DNA of 63,349 nucleotides, filler included, from Octopus bimaculoides (GCF_001194135.2; 6 parts of 6 records of this genome joined end to end with filler, not necessarily neighbours in it), one strand, 5' to 3'. Shown: positions 1-13,392, numbered from the whole stretch's first letter. Numbers and translations: made by a program. Notes: a model not told the origin generated them from the letters alone.

Positions 1-173
1 AACTCTTTTATGACATTTTGCTGGTCAAGGTTCACATTAGATGTATTTGTCATTTTTCCTTTGATAAAGGTAGCTTTTGCACATTTATCAAGGCCAAATT
101 GCATCCTGATGTCATCACTGAATTGTTTAACAATCGCTAGTAGGCCTTTGAGTTGTTGGTCATTTTTTGCAAA

Positions 174-174
<1 letters not shown>
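1..174 (-). mobile_element. 5'-truncated R4/Dong-like (RLE-type) non-LTR retrotransposon, RT fragment running off the window edge
   Basis: Minus strand reads FAKNDQQLKGLLAIVKQFSDDIRMQFGLDKCAKATFIKGK without stops, which is the region just after the YMDD motif of R4-clade RTs. It starts directly at the (TAA)n tract. Confidence 0.85.
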
Positions 175-229
<55 letters not shown>

Positions 230-245
230 CATTATTATTATTATT
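175..245. repeat. (TTA)n microsatellite
   Basis: About 23 near-perfect TTA units seen directly. Confidence 0.98.
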
Positions 246-696
246 ACAAAGGTCAACGTTCTTTAACCTACATTAGTCGATCAAATTCTCTCTCTTTAGT
301 CATTATTTTGTTACCACCTAGTAATTTTCGCTATATTTATATTTATAATAATATCCACGACTTCATAGATTTCGTGACCTTCGTCTTATATACTAATTAT
401 AGACTAGTGTCTGTGAATGCCTATATTCGTACGTTATATATCTATATAACTATTAAAATCTGTTGTTTTTTTCTTATGTACGTATGCCTATGTCTATGCA
501 TGTACGTATCTTTCTCTTTCTTGCTGGTTCTCGCTCGCTTTTTATTGTCTTTTCTTCTGTTCTGATTAATCACGTGTCTCGTTACAAAGAAATAAAGAAG
601 AAACTTTTAGATATATATGTGTGAATGTATGTGAATGTGTGTGTGCGTGAGTGTGCGTGTGAGTGTGTGCGTATATGTGTATATATATCTATTTAC

Positions 697-741
<45 letters not shown>

Positions 742-839
742 CTCACACACATATATATACACAAATATATATATGTATATATAAAAAGAATGAGATAAAG
801 AGACCAATGGTATAAACAAATTTATATCATATGTAGAAT

Positions 840-880
840 GTCTTACAGCTGTTTCAGGGAAAATTCCCTTCATCGGAGAT
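840..880 (-). ncRNA. Minimal type I hammerhead ribozyme-like motif (U4C core variant)
   Basis: Minus strand: AUCU-CCGAUGA-AGGGA(AUUU)UCCCU-GAAA-CAGCUG-UA-AGAC. Helix I UCU/AGA, 5-bp helix II, palindromic helix III CAGCUG. Confidence 0.6.
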
Positions 881-921
881 GGCAATAGTAGAAATTAAGG
901 ATTATTACTTCTACTATTGCC

Positions 922-970
922 GTTTCCGATGAAGGAATACATTGAATTTTCCCTGAAACAGCTGTAAGAC
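922..970 (+). ncRNA. Minimal type I hammerhead ribozyme-like motif (U4C core variant), mirror copy
   Basis: GUUU-CCGAUGA-AGG...CCU-GAAA-CAGCUG-UA-AGAC. Helix II is expanded by an insertion relative to the 840-880 copy. Confidence 0.5.
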
Positions 971-1180
971 ATTCTACATATAATATAAATTTGTTTATGC
1001 CATTGGTCTCTTTATCTCATTCTTTTTATATATGCACACGCTAATACACGACCCATGTTAAATTCCCCACTCATGTTGCAACCGCATCTGGGGCTAAACT
1101 AGTCGGTATACAGCACTTACTCGGTATTACTTGTAACATTCGGATCTGGTTGACTCCATTGCCCAATATAACCAAATATA

Positions 1181-1220
<40 letters not shown>

Positions 1221-1288
1221 TGTGTATGTATCTATGCATGCGTGTATGTATGTATGTATGTATGTATGTACGTATGTACGTATGTATG

Positions 1289-1319
<31 letters not shown>

Positions 1320-1422
1320 GCATGTATAGTTGCAGGTAGGGGTGTGCAAGTTCAGTCTCACTGTTTAGCACACTCACACACATGCACACACATACATATA
1401 TACATACATACTCACAAATGTA

Positions 1423-1466
<44 letters not shown>

Positions 1467-1960
1467 TGTGTGTGTGTGTGCGTGTGTGTGTAGTCATTTG
1501 TAGGATTTGTTTGAATCAAAGTATTTTAATATTCAGGACACCAATCAGTGAGGATCGAGGTCTGCATATCCATTTGTGAATATACTTCACATACGAACAC
1601 ATTCATATATACCCATGCGTGTACGGATATATCCATGCACTTATACATACATGTACATGAACACACAAGTATACATAAGCATATAAATATACATATACAT
1701 GAATATATATATACCCATCCGCACCGTCATGCAGTTTCACGATCTAATGTAAGTTCCAGATTCATCCTAGGTTCAGCATAAGGATGGTTTCTGTTATGAT
1801 GTTTACGTAAAATAAGAACACAAATGGGTAAATATCCACACTCCACACCTTGGTTAATTTTTTTCTCCGAATCAAATTTTAAATTTCTAATTCACCTGAG
1901 GAGAACGGTTTTCTTATGACGTAATAGAATTATTCTTCAGTAACTGTTTATGGTCTATAG

Positions 1961-2326
1961 CTCTCCGGCAATGTTGATGACGACGTTGTCCTCTTAGAAT
2001 CGTATCCTACATTTTGGGAGTTGAACACAGATTACAATGGTCTTCTTCGGAGAGCTATCAACCGCTGTTTGCATGCACGGTGGACCCAAGAAGATATTCA
2101 GGGACCATCAACTCCTGCAACATTCAACCGGCACAACTTGAAAACTTTTCCCGGAACCGGCAAATCTGCTACTCCCTCTGCGACGAAGGAGCTGCACGCA
2201 TTGAACTAATCCGACGTGAGAAATTTGAGGACAAGACACACCAGATTCACCAACAACATTCTTCAATTAAAAAAACGCGTCTCAAACAGCAGTAGTGAAC
2301 CTTGTCCTGCAATGTCTTCCCCTGAG
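1961..2326 (+). pseudogene. Unassigned exon-like segment with one in-frame stop
   Basis: Acceptor-like tctatag| at 1960 and donor-like GAG|GTGATT at 2326/2327. 122 codons, phase 0-0, open except TAA at 2207-2209. No family recognised. Confidence 0.25.
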
Positions 2327-2418
2327 GTGATTAGGTCACTGTTCTGCCTGTACGCTTGTATGTTTTGCGCGCGCGCCCAAATTTTGCAAACAGCGCACTA
2401 AAGAAATCATTTTGCGCA
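2322..2418 (+). repeat. Left arm of a 97-bp inverted repeat (partner at 9764-9860); DNA-transposon terminal-like
   Basis: 4 mismatches in 97 bp to the reverse complement of 9764-9860; carries repeated GCGCAC/TGCGCA motifs. Confidence 0.9.
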
Positions 2419-2539
2419 TATATATATATGCATGCATATATATATATGCGTGTGTGTGTCTGTATGTGCACATGTATATACATACATACATACATACACA
2501 CACACACTCACACACATTTATATGTATGTGTGTATGTGT

Positions 2540-2646
<107 letters not shown>

Positions 2647-2744
2647 TTTCATGGTGCATGGTATTTTCTGTCAACTCTTCAAACAAATGAACTCCCATGA
2701 ACTGAATTTGTTATGACAATATTAAAATTTTTTTTCTCGTTTAG

Positions 2745-3058
2745 GTGCAAGTCTACCGGTTTGGAGAAGGGGTTTTTAACCGATACTATCTTCCAAAGAA
2801 CTTTATTTTATCAACAACGGCGGACTAAATAAAAGGTAAAGTTCACATCGGTGAGATTTGATCTAGAACAATTTCATAAAGAGATTCTCGTTTCCGACGC
2901 TTTAACGACTCAGCTAAACCGTCACTTTGAAATAATGTTTGGCGGTGATCAAGTTCATTTTCTAAATTTCTTACCAATGGAGAATGAATCGGTTTCCAAT
3001 TCTGAAACGTTGATATCAATAACTGTGCAATCATCTGTATATGCCTACAAATATGTAG
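2745..3058 (+). other. Unassigned exon-like segment
   Basis: Strong acceptor ttttttttctcgtttag| at 2744. One frame (2746-3058) is open except a single TAA at 2830; phase 0 gives 27 aa then a stop overlapping AATAAA. Confidence 0.2.
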
Positions 3059-3131
3059 GTCTGCATATAAGCTTGTATGCATGTATGTATGTAAACATAC
3101 TATATGCGTACGCATGTATGTTCGCACATCA

Positions 3132-3514
3132 TGGTACTCCGTCGATTACGACGACGAGGGTTCCAGTTGATCCGATCAGCGGAACAGCCTTCTCGTGAAA
3201 TTAACGTGCAAGTGGCTCAACACTCAACAAACACGTGTACCCTTAATGTAGTTCTCGGGGAGATTCAGTGTGACACAGAATGTGACAAGGCTGGTCTTTT
3301 TTAAAATACAGGTACAACAGAAACAGAAAGAAAGAGTGAGAGAAAGTTGTGGTGAAAGAGTAAAACAGGGTTCGCCACCACCCCCTGCTGGAGCCTCGTG
3401 GAGCTTTATGTGTTTTCGCTCAATAAACACTCACAACACTCGGTCTAGGAATCGAAACCGCGATCCAACGACCGCGAGTCCGCTGCCCTGACCATTGGGC
3501 CATTACGCCTCCAC
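3132..3514 (-). mobile_element. tRNA-derived SINE, family A (~380 bp)
   Basis: A-box/B-box head on the minus strand; near-colinear with 37752-38132 and 46778-47158; 11-bp TSD tgttcg(c/t)acat. Confidence 0.9.
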
Positions 3515-4239
3515 CTGTTCGTACATACGTACGTACGTATGTATGAATGTATATATCATTATATGCACTCGCTTTAATTTGAAATTCATATGAAAGACTA
3601 AACACAGTCACACTCTGTAATGACTGCAAAATTTAGCATATGTATGTTGATTATATGTGTGTGTATGCATATATATGTATATGCGTATTTTGAGCAAGCG
3701 TACGTATTTGTTTGAGTCCGTATGTGTGCGTGGGTGTTTGGGCAAAAACACGGCGAGACATATTAAAGAGACGAATGTTTATATTTAATAACGACTTGTC
3801 TGGTAAATGGGGAAACGTTGTTAGTTTTGCCATTAACATTATTCGTTTTCCCTAAGTGAAAGTGTGAATCGTCTAATACATATTTCCATTACGACCATGG
3901 CTGTCAGTTGATCAATGCAGCTATAATGTTTAACTTTGCCTCGCAGTGATCACTGGATGTACATTACATAGTAGACTATGATATCGTTGCTATTTTAACA
4001 TAATTCTTGTTCTCTTAGTTGTAGCTTAGAATAGAAGTTTGGCAAAATCGTTTGAGTGTTAGAAAAACATGCGGTTCTGAGTTCAAATCAAGCTGCAATT
4101 GACTTTGCCTTACAATTTTTTTCGGATTAGATAAAACATAAAATGTTAGTCAAGTACTAGAATTTTATAATTAACTAATCCATATCCCATCAAAATTGTT
4201 AATATTGAAAACAATTATTTTTGTAGTTGAGGTTGAAAG

Positions 4240-4400
4240 GTTGGCATTAAAATTCTTTGTTCTACTTCTTCCACCTCTTAACGTTCAGAATTCAAATCCC
4301 ACCACCGAGGTCAGCTTTGCTTTTCATCCTTTCCGAGTCGATGGAATTGGATACCAGCCAATGATTGAAGTCGATATTTTCTATATCATCAGACGTTTTC
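4240..4400 (+). mobile_element. Degenerate SINE, family D
   Basis: cgttcagaattcaaatcccaccaccgaggtcagctttgcttttcatcctttcc matches the copies at 6540-6926. Confidence 0.55.
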
Positions 4401-5074
4401 CGTTGTAGGATATTTCATATCGTTTGAGGGAGAAGCATTTAACAGCTATTTCTTACATGTCGAGAAACCGTCTATCCTCCGTTCTTGGGTGTCATTCTTA
4501 GTTACGACGTTGTTGCTGCTGCAGCAACAGCAGCAACAGCAGCAGCAGATGATTATGATGATGACGACGACGACCTCGATGACGATCCGTCCTGCTTCAG
4601 TGATATTTTTATGGCCGTTACATTACATGAGAAGTCGTGCATAGAAAAGCGAGTTATTGAGATTACTAGAACTACTTAATAACTTCAATAATCTTGAGAA
4701 CGGTGATAATGTTTGTCATATTCATTTGAAACACTAACAATACACTACAAGGGTTATTGTTTTGCCCCAAAATCTGATCTATTATATTCAAGCCACACCG
4801 TTACTCATTTATTTATTTAATTGATTCGAACAGTTCTTTTTGGAAGCCCTTACCTCGAATTTATGTGTGCGTCCATTGACTACTGTGTTGTTTTATATTT
4901 ATTGATTTATATAAACCCCCATCTAAAAGGAAAATCTAAATTTATGTTTAACTTTGATTTAAATTTGATGTTCAGCTTTTTCGGTGTTGTGAAATGTATA
5001 AGAAGAAATGAGACGATTTTGGAAAATTTCACCAAAATGAATCCACGGCTGTAACATAGAACAATTTCACGAAA

Positions 5075-5450
5075 TACACAGGGTGCGTAAGATATTTGAG
5101 GACAGATTTATGTTTATAAAAAGAAAACATATATAATAACAAATAACTTTATTTATCAAAATATGTTATAAGTATAAAAATAAACCTTCTTTTCTATAAT
5201 GTTATTCAATAAAGCCACCTTCAGCTTCAACAACTGCTTCTATATTAGATCTAAATCATCTACATGCTCGAATCAAGTGGTCCTGGTTCATTTTGGACAT
5301 TACTCTGTCTAAAGCAGCTTTCAAAGAAGCTTTGGTGTTATGGGCGTGTTTATTGACTTCACTCTCAACAACGCTCCACATGTAATAGTCCAATGGGTTG
5401 AGATTTGGGGAATTAAGAGGTCAAATGTTAGGGGTTATAATTTCTAAATC
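5075..5450 (-). mobile_element. Tc1/mariner-superfamily transposon 3' remnant
   Basis: Minus strand: PNI*PLNSPNLNPLDYYMWSVVE...LIRACR*FRSNIEAVVEAEGGFIE* (WPxxSPDLNPLD motif; two nonsense changes). TA-CACAGGGTG terminal-like sequence at 5075. Confidence 0.85.
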
Positions 5451-5879
5451 GCTATGCTCAGCCTTTATAACCACGATAAGAGCATGCCTCTTCGTTTCTT
5501 GAGTAAGCTGAGGGTCTGCAATTATTATTTTCTGAATCAAAGGTTATACAGAGTTAGTAAGAAATGCAGCAATGACCCCAAAAAGGTATGTTTGACAGCT
5601 TTCAGATGTTTTGCATTTCTACCAGTCACGTTGCGTATATTGCATTGATGGCAGACAGTTAGTTATACAGCCTAATACCTGTCTATTTTTCATAGACTTT
5701 TTGACGCGGTCGAACAAACAAAATACGAAACTTGAGGGCGCGGAAGAGATGAGGCAAAACAAAATATTGATTTTCTACTTGTCTAAATTTTTCATTTTTT
5801 TAATATTTCATGCTTTCACTCACTGATTTGAAATATTATGCCCCATGTATACATGTAATAGATACATACATACATACAT

Positions 5880-5910
<31 letters not shown>

Positions 5911-6005
5911 CACAGACACACAGACAGACACACAGACAAACACACAAACAGACACACAGACACACATAAATGTATATTTATGTGTATGTACATATACATA
6001 TATGC

Positions 6006-6045
<40 letters not shown>

Positions 6046-6153
6046 NNNNNNNNNNNNNNNNNNNNNNNNNNNNNNNNNNNNNNNNNNNNNNNNNNNNNNN
6101 NNNNNNNNNNNNNNNNNNNNNNNNNNNNNNNNNNNNNNNNNNNNNNNNNNNNN

Positions 6154-6196
<43 letters not shown>

Positions 6197-6539
6197 CGTA
6201 TGTATATATACATAAGTACATATATAGAGGGATAAATATACACATATAAATATATATACATATATACATATATATATATACATATATATATGGATATACA
6301 TGTGCACATGCATATATACATGCATACACNNNNNNNNNNCATGCATATATACATGCATACACATATACATATAAACATACATACATACATACATACATAC
6401 ATGCATACATACTTACATACATACATATATATATACATACATAGAGATAGAGGGTATGTATGGGTAACTGTTCCAGAATCAAGATGAGAAAGACAACATA
6501 TATTCTTTACGAGCCAAATCTTGAATGTTAAATATTTAT

Positions 6540-6696
6540 ATTAGATCAACCTTAGTAGGCAACTGGTACTTAATTTATCGATTCCGAAAAGATGAAAGGC
6601 AAAGGCGACTTCGGCGGAATTTGAACTCAGAACGTAAAGACGGACGGAATGCCACATAAGAATTTCGTGCTGAGATTTCTGCCAGCTCGCCGCCTT
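6540..6696 (-). mobile_element. tRNA-derived SINE, family D (partial)
   Basis: Head AAGGCGGCGAGCTGGCAG and B-box-like GAGTTCAAATTCC on the minus strand. Confidence 0.85.
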
Positions 6697-6713
6697 ACAT
6701 CAATCAATATATT

Positions 6714-6926
6714 CTTTTCTACTCCAGGCACGCACAAGGCCTGAATGGGGAGAAGGCCGGTCGATTAGATCGACACCAGTACGCAACTGGTACTTAATTT
6801 ATCGACCCCGTAAGGAGGAAAGGCAAAGTCGACCTTGTCGGAATTTGAATTCAGAACATAAAGTCAGACGAACTACCTCTAAACATTTCGCCCGGCGTGC
6901 TAACGTTTCCGCTAGATCGCCGCCTT
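6714..6926 (-). mobile_element. tRNA-derived SINE, family D (full length)
   Basis: Same family as 6540-6696; flanked by ~17-bp direct repeats a(c/t)atc(a/g)atcaatatatt at 6697-6713 and 6927-6943. Confidence 0.88.
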
Positions 6927-7472
6927 ATATCGATCAATATATTGATCTGTTCAAGTGCATGTGTATGTGATAGGAAAAGTCCGTATTTACATTAATCTAT
7001 GCGTGAGCATCTCTATATCATTCATCAACGTCTACCATTTCGTCAATCGCAGCAGCTTCCAAGCTTCACCACTAATTCAGTTCTCAACTAAATTGCAAAC
7101 TGTTAATAGTTTTAAAGAGGACACCTCCTCCGCTACACTTTGGCATAAATAGTTTGAGATTTGGTTCAGTAGAAAAAAAGTTACATCAAAATATCTGCGA
7201 CCTCAAATGGGGTAATGGGGGGGGGGGCATTCATCTTCAACTAACATAAACTTTTTAATTTTAAAATAAAAGTATACTTTTCGTAGGTGTAAGTGAGAGA
7301 AAAATGCATGAAGAATTCAGAATCGTTAGCTGCATTGGACAAAACTTAGGAGAAAAAAGTTATGGGGTAAAATGCCAGGAAATTTTATGTCAGTATGTAA
7401 GGAAGTAAGAAGTAACGCTTAAGCAATAAGAATAAAGAATATATTGCTAAAATGAACCCGTGCACTCTAAGA

Positions 7473-7580
7473 AGGTGAGCTGGCAGAAACGTTGACGCGC
7501 CGGGCCAAATTCTTAACGGTATTTCGCCTGTGTTTACATTTTAAGTTCAAATTCCACCGAGGTCGACTTTACCTTTTATT
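7473..7580 (+). mobile_element. SINE family D, 5' half
   Basis: aaggtgagctggcagaaacg...ttcaaattccaccgaggtcgacttt matches the family-D head. Confidence 0.7.
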
Positions 7581-7789
7581 CAATTTGACGTACAGATTAT
7601 TTAATTATTATTATTATTTTTTTAACTAAACACTATGAAACTTCCGATACTGGTAGAATGTGTCACATACAACAGGGTTTACTCTTAACGTTTTTTAACA
7701 AAATTTTGTATTTTAGAAATTATTTCGTCACAAGTTACAGTGTGACAATGGACAAATTCGTGTTTGATAAGTTCCAATACACGAAACTC

Positions 7790-7990
7790 TCAGCTTTTGA
7801 CCTACTCTCTAACTTATGCTGATGATATATATACATATTATACATATATGTGTAAAACAATCTCATCACGCAATCAAACCAATGAAAGATCCTCTACCTG
7901 GTCGCTCGACACGCTAAAAATAGCAGCCAATGTATCCCCCTACCTAAATCACACGCCTATTGTACGTAATGTCCTACATTATCCCTAATA
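7790..7990 (+). mobile_element. Possible highly decayed LINE RT fragment
   Basis: LTYADD reading followed by a WSLDTLKIA-like segment; short and degenerate. Confidence 0.3.
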
Positions 7991-8413
7991 AAAAAACGCT
8001 TTGCTGAAAGCTGGAATGTCTTTGACGATAGGTTTGCTGTATCAGGGTTGATTTGAGGCTAACCAGCAACATCATGGTAAATTTCTACATTAACACCCGC
8101 ACGATTTTCACTAAGAAAAAAAACAAAAAAATTGAATTTTTTGTGTGGAATCAAGTACCCTGACCTCCAAATAAGCTGCAAATCCCTTATTTTGCTTCGG
8201 AAAAAATGGAATCATTGGAAATATTTTCTTGTTTTCATTGAATGAATTCCTGTGATCTCCTAATATACCACAAAACCTTTTGTGGATGGATAATATCAAA
8301 TAATTCAATCACAGCATATATTTAAATTAAACATGAAAAAATTGAAATATCATTACTTATATGGAAAAAGTGAAATACTATCTTTCAGTATTTTATAAGG
8401 TAAAATCTTATGG

Positions 8414-8916
8414 ATTACATGGAAGAATGCGAGCATGAAAAGTAATATTCATAAGATTATAAACCTGGAAAAGTACAGGACAAGTTATTACACCTGGAAA
8501 AGTATAGGACAAACTTTTACTTCAAGTAAAGTAAAGAATAAAAAACTTTTTACTTAAAATATTGCAGCTAAAATTAAAATTTTAATATTAAGATTTATTT
8601 TATTATAGTTTACAAATAATGCTATACTTATTTAAGTAGAATTTGGCTAATTTACTACCTTAAATACAGAAAAAAGTGACTAATTATACAAACTTACAAA
8701 TTAGCTGAGCAGTTTTGTACAATAAATTTAAAAGATGAGAATTGTAAAGAGTGATAAATTAGAAGAACTGGCATTCTTTGCCGCAATATTTTCAGTAAAA
8801 AATTTCTTATTCTTTACTTTACGTGAATAGTTTGTCCTATACTTTTACAGGTGTAATAACGTGTCTTGTACTTTTCTTAAGAAAATTACTTTTCATGCTC
8901 GCATTTTTCCATGTAA
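8414..8916. mobile_element. MITE-like element with long (~140-160 bp) imperfect terminal inverted repeats
   Basis: attacatggaagaatgcgagcatgaaaagtaat (8414) versus attactttcatgctcgcatttttccatgtaat (ending 8916). Both arms contain a duplicated AAAAGTA(C/T)A(G/A)GACAA-type unit. Confidence 0.8.
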
Positions 8917-9763
8917 TATACTGATGATACACGGGTATGCTATTTCCTCCCTAACTTGGTGTCTTTATTATTAAAATGTATTCATTCATTTGGATTTTTC
9001 GAATAATATACACACATATATATATATAACGCACTTAGTCGCGTACACAAAGGGATGTGGATTCGAGTCCCACGCATACGGAAAAATCTACTTTTTCTGT
9101 CGAGGCCTTATATTCTCCTTAGTACTAAAAATTGGAAACCAAATTTAAACCCAAGCAACCGTAATATATATAAACGTTCTCTGAAACACATCAGTTTACT
9201 AAATGCTATACAAGAGAATGATATATTAGAAAAATTCATAAGGAGTTTGTAAATTCAGGACCTCAAAATACACGTTTGTTTATATGCCAATTATTATTGC
9301 AGTGGCCGTTTATTTACTTAGATCAGAGCATCATAGATCTTGATTCGCTAGAGAGTGGAGGGAAATACATACACAATACATTTGTTGCTGCGAATCACAA
9401 ATAAATCTACGTGACGTTATAATTTAACGGAGTGGTTGACAAAAATATTATGAACCATATGCTAAACTCCTTTCCATAAAAAGCTTAAGAGAGAGCAGGT
9501 GTTAGGTGAAAATAACGGAACTCATCCAATCAGAGATAGATAATGTGCCACCAAGATCGAATCGATAATTCATTGCAAGTGATCAACAAACTGTGATTCT
9601 TTAATATTTAGAAATCAGCGGGCGAAAAAATTTTATATTCTGCTAACTTTTACACCGTGACAAAAGTATGTGTGCACTGAATGCATGATAACTATAATTA
9701 TCAATTACTACATCAGATTAGGCAATTGACATTTTTTTTTTTAGTGCGCACATTAATCTCTTG

Positions 9764-9860
9764 TGCGCAAAATGATTTCTTTAGTGCGCTGTTTGCAAAA
9801 TTTGTGTGCGCACGCAAAACATACAAGCGTACAGGGAGAACAGTGACCTAATCACCTCAG
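9764..9860 (-). repeat. Right arm of the 97-bp inverted repeat (partner at 2322-2418)
   Basis: Reverse complement of 2322-2418 with 4 mismatches. Confidence 0.9.
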
Positions 9861-10668
9861 TCTACTAAAAATGTGTCATTGCAACACCCTTGCATATATA
9901 TATATATATATATATATATANNNNNNNNNNNNNNNNNNNNNNNNNNNNNNNNNNNNNNNNNNNNNNNNNNNNNNNNNNNNNNNNNNNNNNNNNNNNNNNN
10001 NNNNNNNNNNNNNNNNNNNNNNNNNNNNNNNNNNNNNNNNNNNNNNNNNNNNNNNNNNNNNNNNNNNNNNNNNNNNNNNNNNNNNNNNNNNNNNNNNNNN
10101 NNNNNNNNNNNNNNNNNNNNNNNNNNNNNNNNNNNNNNNNNNNNNNNNNNNNNNNNNNNNNNNNNNNNNNNNNNNNNNNNNNNNNNNNNNNNNNNNNNNN
10201 NNNNNNNNNNNNNNNNNNNNNNNNNNNNNNNNNNNNNNNNNNNNNNNNNNNNNNNNNNNNNNNNNNNNNNNNNNNNNNNNNNNNNNNNNNNNNNNNNNNN
10301 NNNNNNNNNNNNNNNNNNNNNNNNNNNNNNNNNNNNNNNNNNNNNNNNNNNNNNNNNNNNNNNNNNNNNNNNNNNNNNNNNNNNNNNNNNNNNNNNNNNN
10401 NNNNNNNNNNNNNNNNNNNNNNNNNNNNNNNNNNNNNNNNNNNNNNNNNNNNNNNNNNNNNNNNNNNNNNNNNNNNNNNNNNNNNNNNNNNNNNNNNNNN
10501 NNNNNNNNNNNNNNNNNNNNNNNNNNNNNNNNNNNNNNNNNNNNNNNNNNNNNNNNNNNNNNNNNNNNNNNNNNNNNNNNNNNNNNNNNNNNNNNNNNNN
10601 NNNNNNNNNNNNNNNNNNNNNNNNNNNNNNNNNNNNNNNNNNNNNNNNNNNNNNNNNNNNNNNNNNNN

Positions 10669-10704
<36 letters not shown>

Positions 10705-10733
10705 GCGTGTCTATATATGTAATTACATGTGTA

Positions 10734-10764
<31 letters not shown>

Positions 10765-11670
10765 GTCTGCGTCTGTGTGTCTGTGTGTCTGTGTGTCTGT
10801 GTGTGTGTGTGTGTTTATGAGTGTGTGTGTTTTGTATGTATATATTTCAATACGAGAAAATGCTGCCAATGTCTACATTGTAATCACAAGGAACATTTGT
10901 AACTATGTTATAATTCTTTATTCATTTTACTATTTTTGTTCTTTTGCTTTGATTTGGCTTTTTTGTTCTTTTATCTTGATCAGCTTTTGTGTTATTTCTC
11001 CAACTTGGATATTGAAATAAATGACAGTGATCATACACACACATACTCACGTTCTAATACATGTGTGTGTGTTTGTGTGTATGGTGTTGTGTAGTGTGTG
11101 TGTGTTTGTGTGTATGGTGTTGTGTTGTGTGTGTGTGTGTGTGTATGTATTATATGGATGGAAATGTTAGTGTGCATGGAAACGCCAAGAAAATATAATT
11201 ATCTATACTTGACTGAGTGAGCATGCCTGTATAAGTCCGTACATATGCGCATGCGTCTACATAGAAAAATATATGAGTTTGTGAACAAATTATCAGTAAC
11301 AGTTCACAATCAATCATAGCTGACTTAACAAAATATATCGTTAAGATATATGTAGACTAATTTGCATACATATTATGTGTGTGTGTGTGTCGATGTGTAT
11401 TTGTGTGTGCGTGTGTATGTGTAGATATATATGTATATGCATACATATATACACATATATATATAGAGAGAGAGACAGAAAAATAGGTAGCTTCATTGAT
11501 TGATTGACATAGATATATTTGTGTGTGTATGCATATATGTATGTATGTGTATGTGTATGTAAGAATGAGGCGGAGAGGAAGTGATTTCGTATGCGCGAGA
11601 GCATGTATATATTTGAACATGCATGTATATATTAATATTTTTCTGTGTGCCTACGTGTATACAAACATGC

Positions 11671-11714
<44 letters not shown>

Positions 11715-13392
11715 AATATATATGTATACATATTTACACATAAGCATATATATATATANNNNNNNNNNNNNNNNNNNNNNNNNNNNNNNNNNNNNNNNNN
11801 NNNNNNNNNNNNNNNNNNNNNNNNNNNNNNNNNNNNNNNNNNNNNNNNNNNNNNNNNNNNNNNNNNNNNNNNNNNNNNNNNNNNNNNNNNNNNNNNNNNN
11901 NNNNNNNNNNNNNNNNNNNNNNNNNNNNNNNNNNNNNNNNNNNNNNNNNNNNNNNNNNNNNNNNNNNNNNNNNNNNNNNNNNNNNNNNNNNNNNNNNNNN
12001 NNNNNNNNNNNNNNNNNNNNNNNNNNNNNNNNNNNNNNNNNNNNNNNNNNNNNNNNNNNNNNNNNNNNNNNNNNNNNNNNNNNNNNNNNNNNNNNNNNNN
12101 NATATATATATATATATATATATATACATAAACATATTTGAATGAACTTAGAAACAGAGAAAAACAGACGAAAAATAGAAAGTATAGATAAAGATAAAGA
12201 GAATGTGTGATTCATAATAAGAGAAATAAACGAATGGTTTGCTAACGACGTAACGAACGAAGAGCAATAGAATTAATACTAATTTTCGATGAACTGTTGA
12301 ATATTAAGTGCAAAAACGTTAATAGAAGAAATATAAATTATCATAAAGAAAAGGAAATGGAGACATTATTTCCCGTTTTGCAAAAGCCATTGAGTATGTT
12401 TTACGACGTGTTAATCAATATTGGTTTAACTTGACATTTGCCGACAAAAGTGGAAACTCGAGCAATGTCAAATTGACAATGTAAACGTGGAATGGATGGG
12501 AGAGTGCGGGGTGGAAGGGAGCGAGGGGAGACGATGAGGGAGAGAAGAGGTGAGTGAGGAGAAAGAGAGAGAGAGATGAGGGGGAGAGGGGGAGGAGCAG
12601 TGGCAGGAGCGGGAGGAAAGGATACGGAAACAGAGGAAGAAGGTTAAGGAGAGTGAGAGAGACGGAGATACAGAATAATGGTAATAATAATAATAATAAG
12701 AAGAAGAAGAAGAAGAAGAAGAACAACAACAACAACAACAACAACAACAATACGGTGATGATGACGACGACGACGAGGATGATGATGATGATAATGATGG
12801 ATGAAGTGGAAGGATGCTGGAATGTTGGCATTATGTAATGTAAGCTGAGGAGAAAGGAAAATGGTTTAGAATACTACCTGAAGACCACTTCCTGCAGTGA
12901 AACTTGATTTAGAGAGAGAGACAGAGAGAGAGACAGAGAGAGAGAGGGGGGGCATTTTTGAAATATTAAAAGAAAAAGGAAATTGAAAAGAAAAAAAGAA
13001 ACATGCTGGAACACAAATTATCTTTCAAAAATGAAAGAATTCGAGTTATGTAATGAAAATTAATTCGAGCAGCTGATGATAGCTAAAATATTCTTCACGT
13101 ATTACTAGAATTCTATAGAGATATATAAAGCATCATGTGGAAAACATGTATTAAGAGATAGAGATTAGTAACGTGTGAGAGAAGGAAAATGGCGAATTCT
13201 TTTAAGAAAGTAAGTGTAAGCTGGAGAATTGGTGCGGTGGTGATACCATTTTTTTTTTGCGGATAAGTGTAATTTACGTAATAATCTACTTGGAGAAAAA
13301 TGTATTAATGTATTCCGATAATTTCAAAAGCAAGAATCAGGAATCGATTTGACAGATATTCGATATGATCCGACAGATGTATTATATATATA

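Larger units (their letters stand above)
777..1033. mobile_element. Palindromic (fold-back) element, probably inverted Penelope-type terminal repeats or a MITE
   Basis: Arms 777-893 and 909-1033 are reverse complements (few mismatches, one ~8-nt insertion) around a 15-nt loop. Confidence 0.85.

Noticed and set aside
7000-7140. CR1-like 3' end (QTVNSFKE)
   Set aside because: The similarity is limited to a few residues; not supportable without a search.
12230-12500. Cluster of homeodomain-like motifs (TTTACGAC, TAATCAATA, TGACA) as an enhancer
   Set aside because: Short AT-rich motifs are expected by chance, and no conservation data are available.
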